A stretch of 63,216 nucleotides of DNA, filler included, from Octopus bimaculoides (lineage: Eukaryota): NCBI RefSeq assembly GCF_001194135.2. It is 5 parts of 5 records of this genome, joined end to end, with 100 filler letters (N's around TTAATTAATTAA, not from the genome) between each part and the next. Parts side by side here need not be neighbours in the genome. Positions count along the whole stretch, not along the records: positions 60,432 to 63,216 come from NW_026325424.1; 4 more parts are not named here. One strand, written 5' to 3'. The translations under genes and the position numbers were made by a program. Below the pieces are notes generated by a model. That model was given only the letters and a program-made list of their open reading frames with translations, did no database searches and was not told where the DNA came from. Shown piece by piece: positions 62,700 through 63,216 of the stretch (positions within the stretch are counted from its first letter, which is position 1; every line of letters starts with the position of its first letter).

Positions 62700-63160
62700 G
62701 ATTGGAGTTTGATGTAGCTACCCTAATTTGCACCTCTTGCCGTAAGGTAGGTTCATCTGGGACTCTCAACAGGAAGAGATCCAGATTTTATTTAAAAACG
62801 CCTACATCTACTTTGTGCAGATTTCTCAGGCTCTTTGGGAGAATATTAAAAAACTGTGGGTTCCTGAAACCCATGCTGTTGCAGTAACTATTCCTGAAAC
62901 GCCATGGCGTTGCTGGTATCTTTGTCACTATGCATTGTCGTCTCGTTCTGGCATTGGTGTAGCTTTCAAAGCCAAAATTTGGCACAATACTTTCCAGGAT
63001 CTGCCAGATATATATTACTGCATACCTCTCCCGCCTTATCTCCAGGGAGTAGAGTCTTAGCTGTTTCAGCCTTTCCCAGTAGCTGAGCAGTTGCACAGAG
63101 ACGATCTTCTTTGTGAAGCTTCCCTGGATTGCTTCAAGGTCCACTATTAATTTCACACTT
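62700..63160 (-). mobile_element. CR1-like LINE 3' fragment, inverted relative to 61815-62630
   Basis: ORF 62788-63156: LEAIQGSFTKKI...LSYWERLKQLRLYSLEIRRERYAVIYIW...FFNILPKSLRNL. Confidence 0.85.
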
Positions 63161-63216
63161 AATTAGCAAATATATAAATATATGTATAAATACATATATA
63201 TATAAATATAAATATG

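Overview
AT-rich, microsatellite-dense eukaryotic DNA from a draft assembly with many N gaps and four artificial TTAATTAATTAA gap linkers. The repeat families resemble those I recall from octopus/cephalopod genomes (inference, not verified). I find no host protein-coding gene I can support; nearly all ORF-track entries are microsatellite or N translations, or fragments of decayed transposons. Supported content: (1) about ten fragments of R4/Dong-like non-LTR retrotransposons (RT, CCHC knuckle, restriction-like endonuclease), most on + and often bounded by (TAA)n; (2) three Penelope-like (PLE) relics, two of them a head-to-head inverted pair; (3) relics of RTE, L1/Tx1, CR1-like and a second REL-type LINE family; (4) three tRNA-like SINE families, including a head-to-tail trimer and a head-to-head inverted pair; (5) DNA transposons: a near-complete Tc1 pseudo-element, a hAT MITE with a perfect CTCTAGAG TSD, a Chapaev-like transposase relic and two small fold-back MITE-like elements; (6) an old 1.6-kb tandem duplication and a 62-bp minisatellite with higher-order structure. 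The most notable signal is RNA-level. A complete type I hammerhead ribozyme with a canonical core lies at 26108-26191 (-). A two-copy repeat family carries a minimal hammerhead-like motif with the same non-canonical core change in both copies (35765-35801, 43479-43516). Decayed hammerhead relics sit at the 3' ends of both inverted PLE copies. All calls were made by eye; boundaries of decayed elements are approximate.
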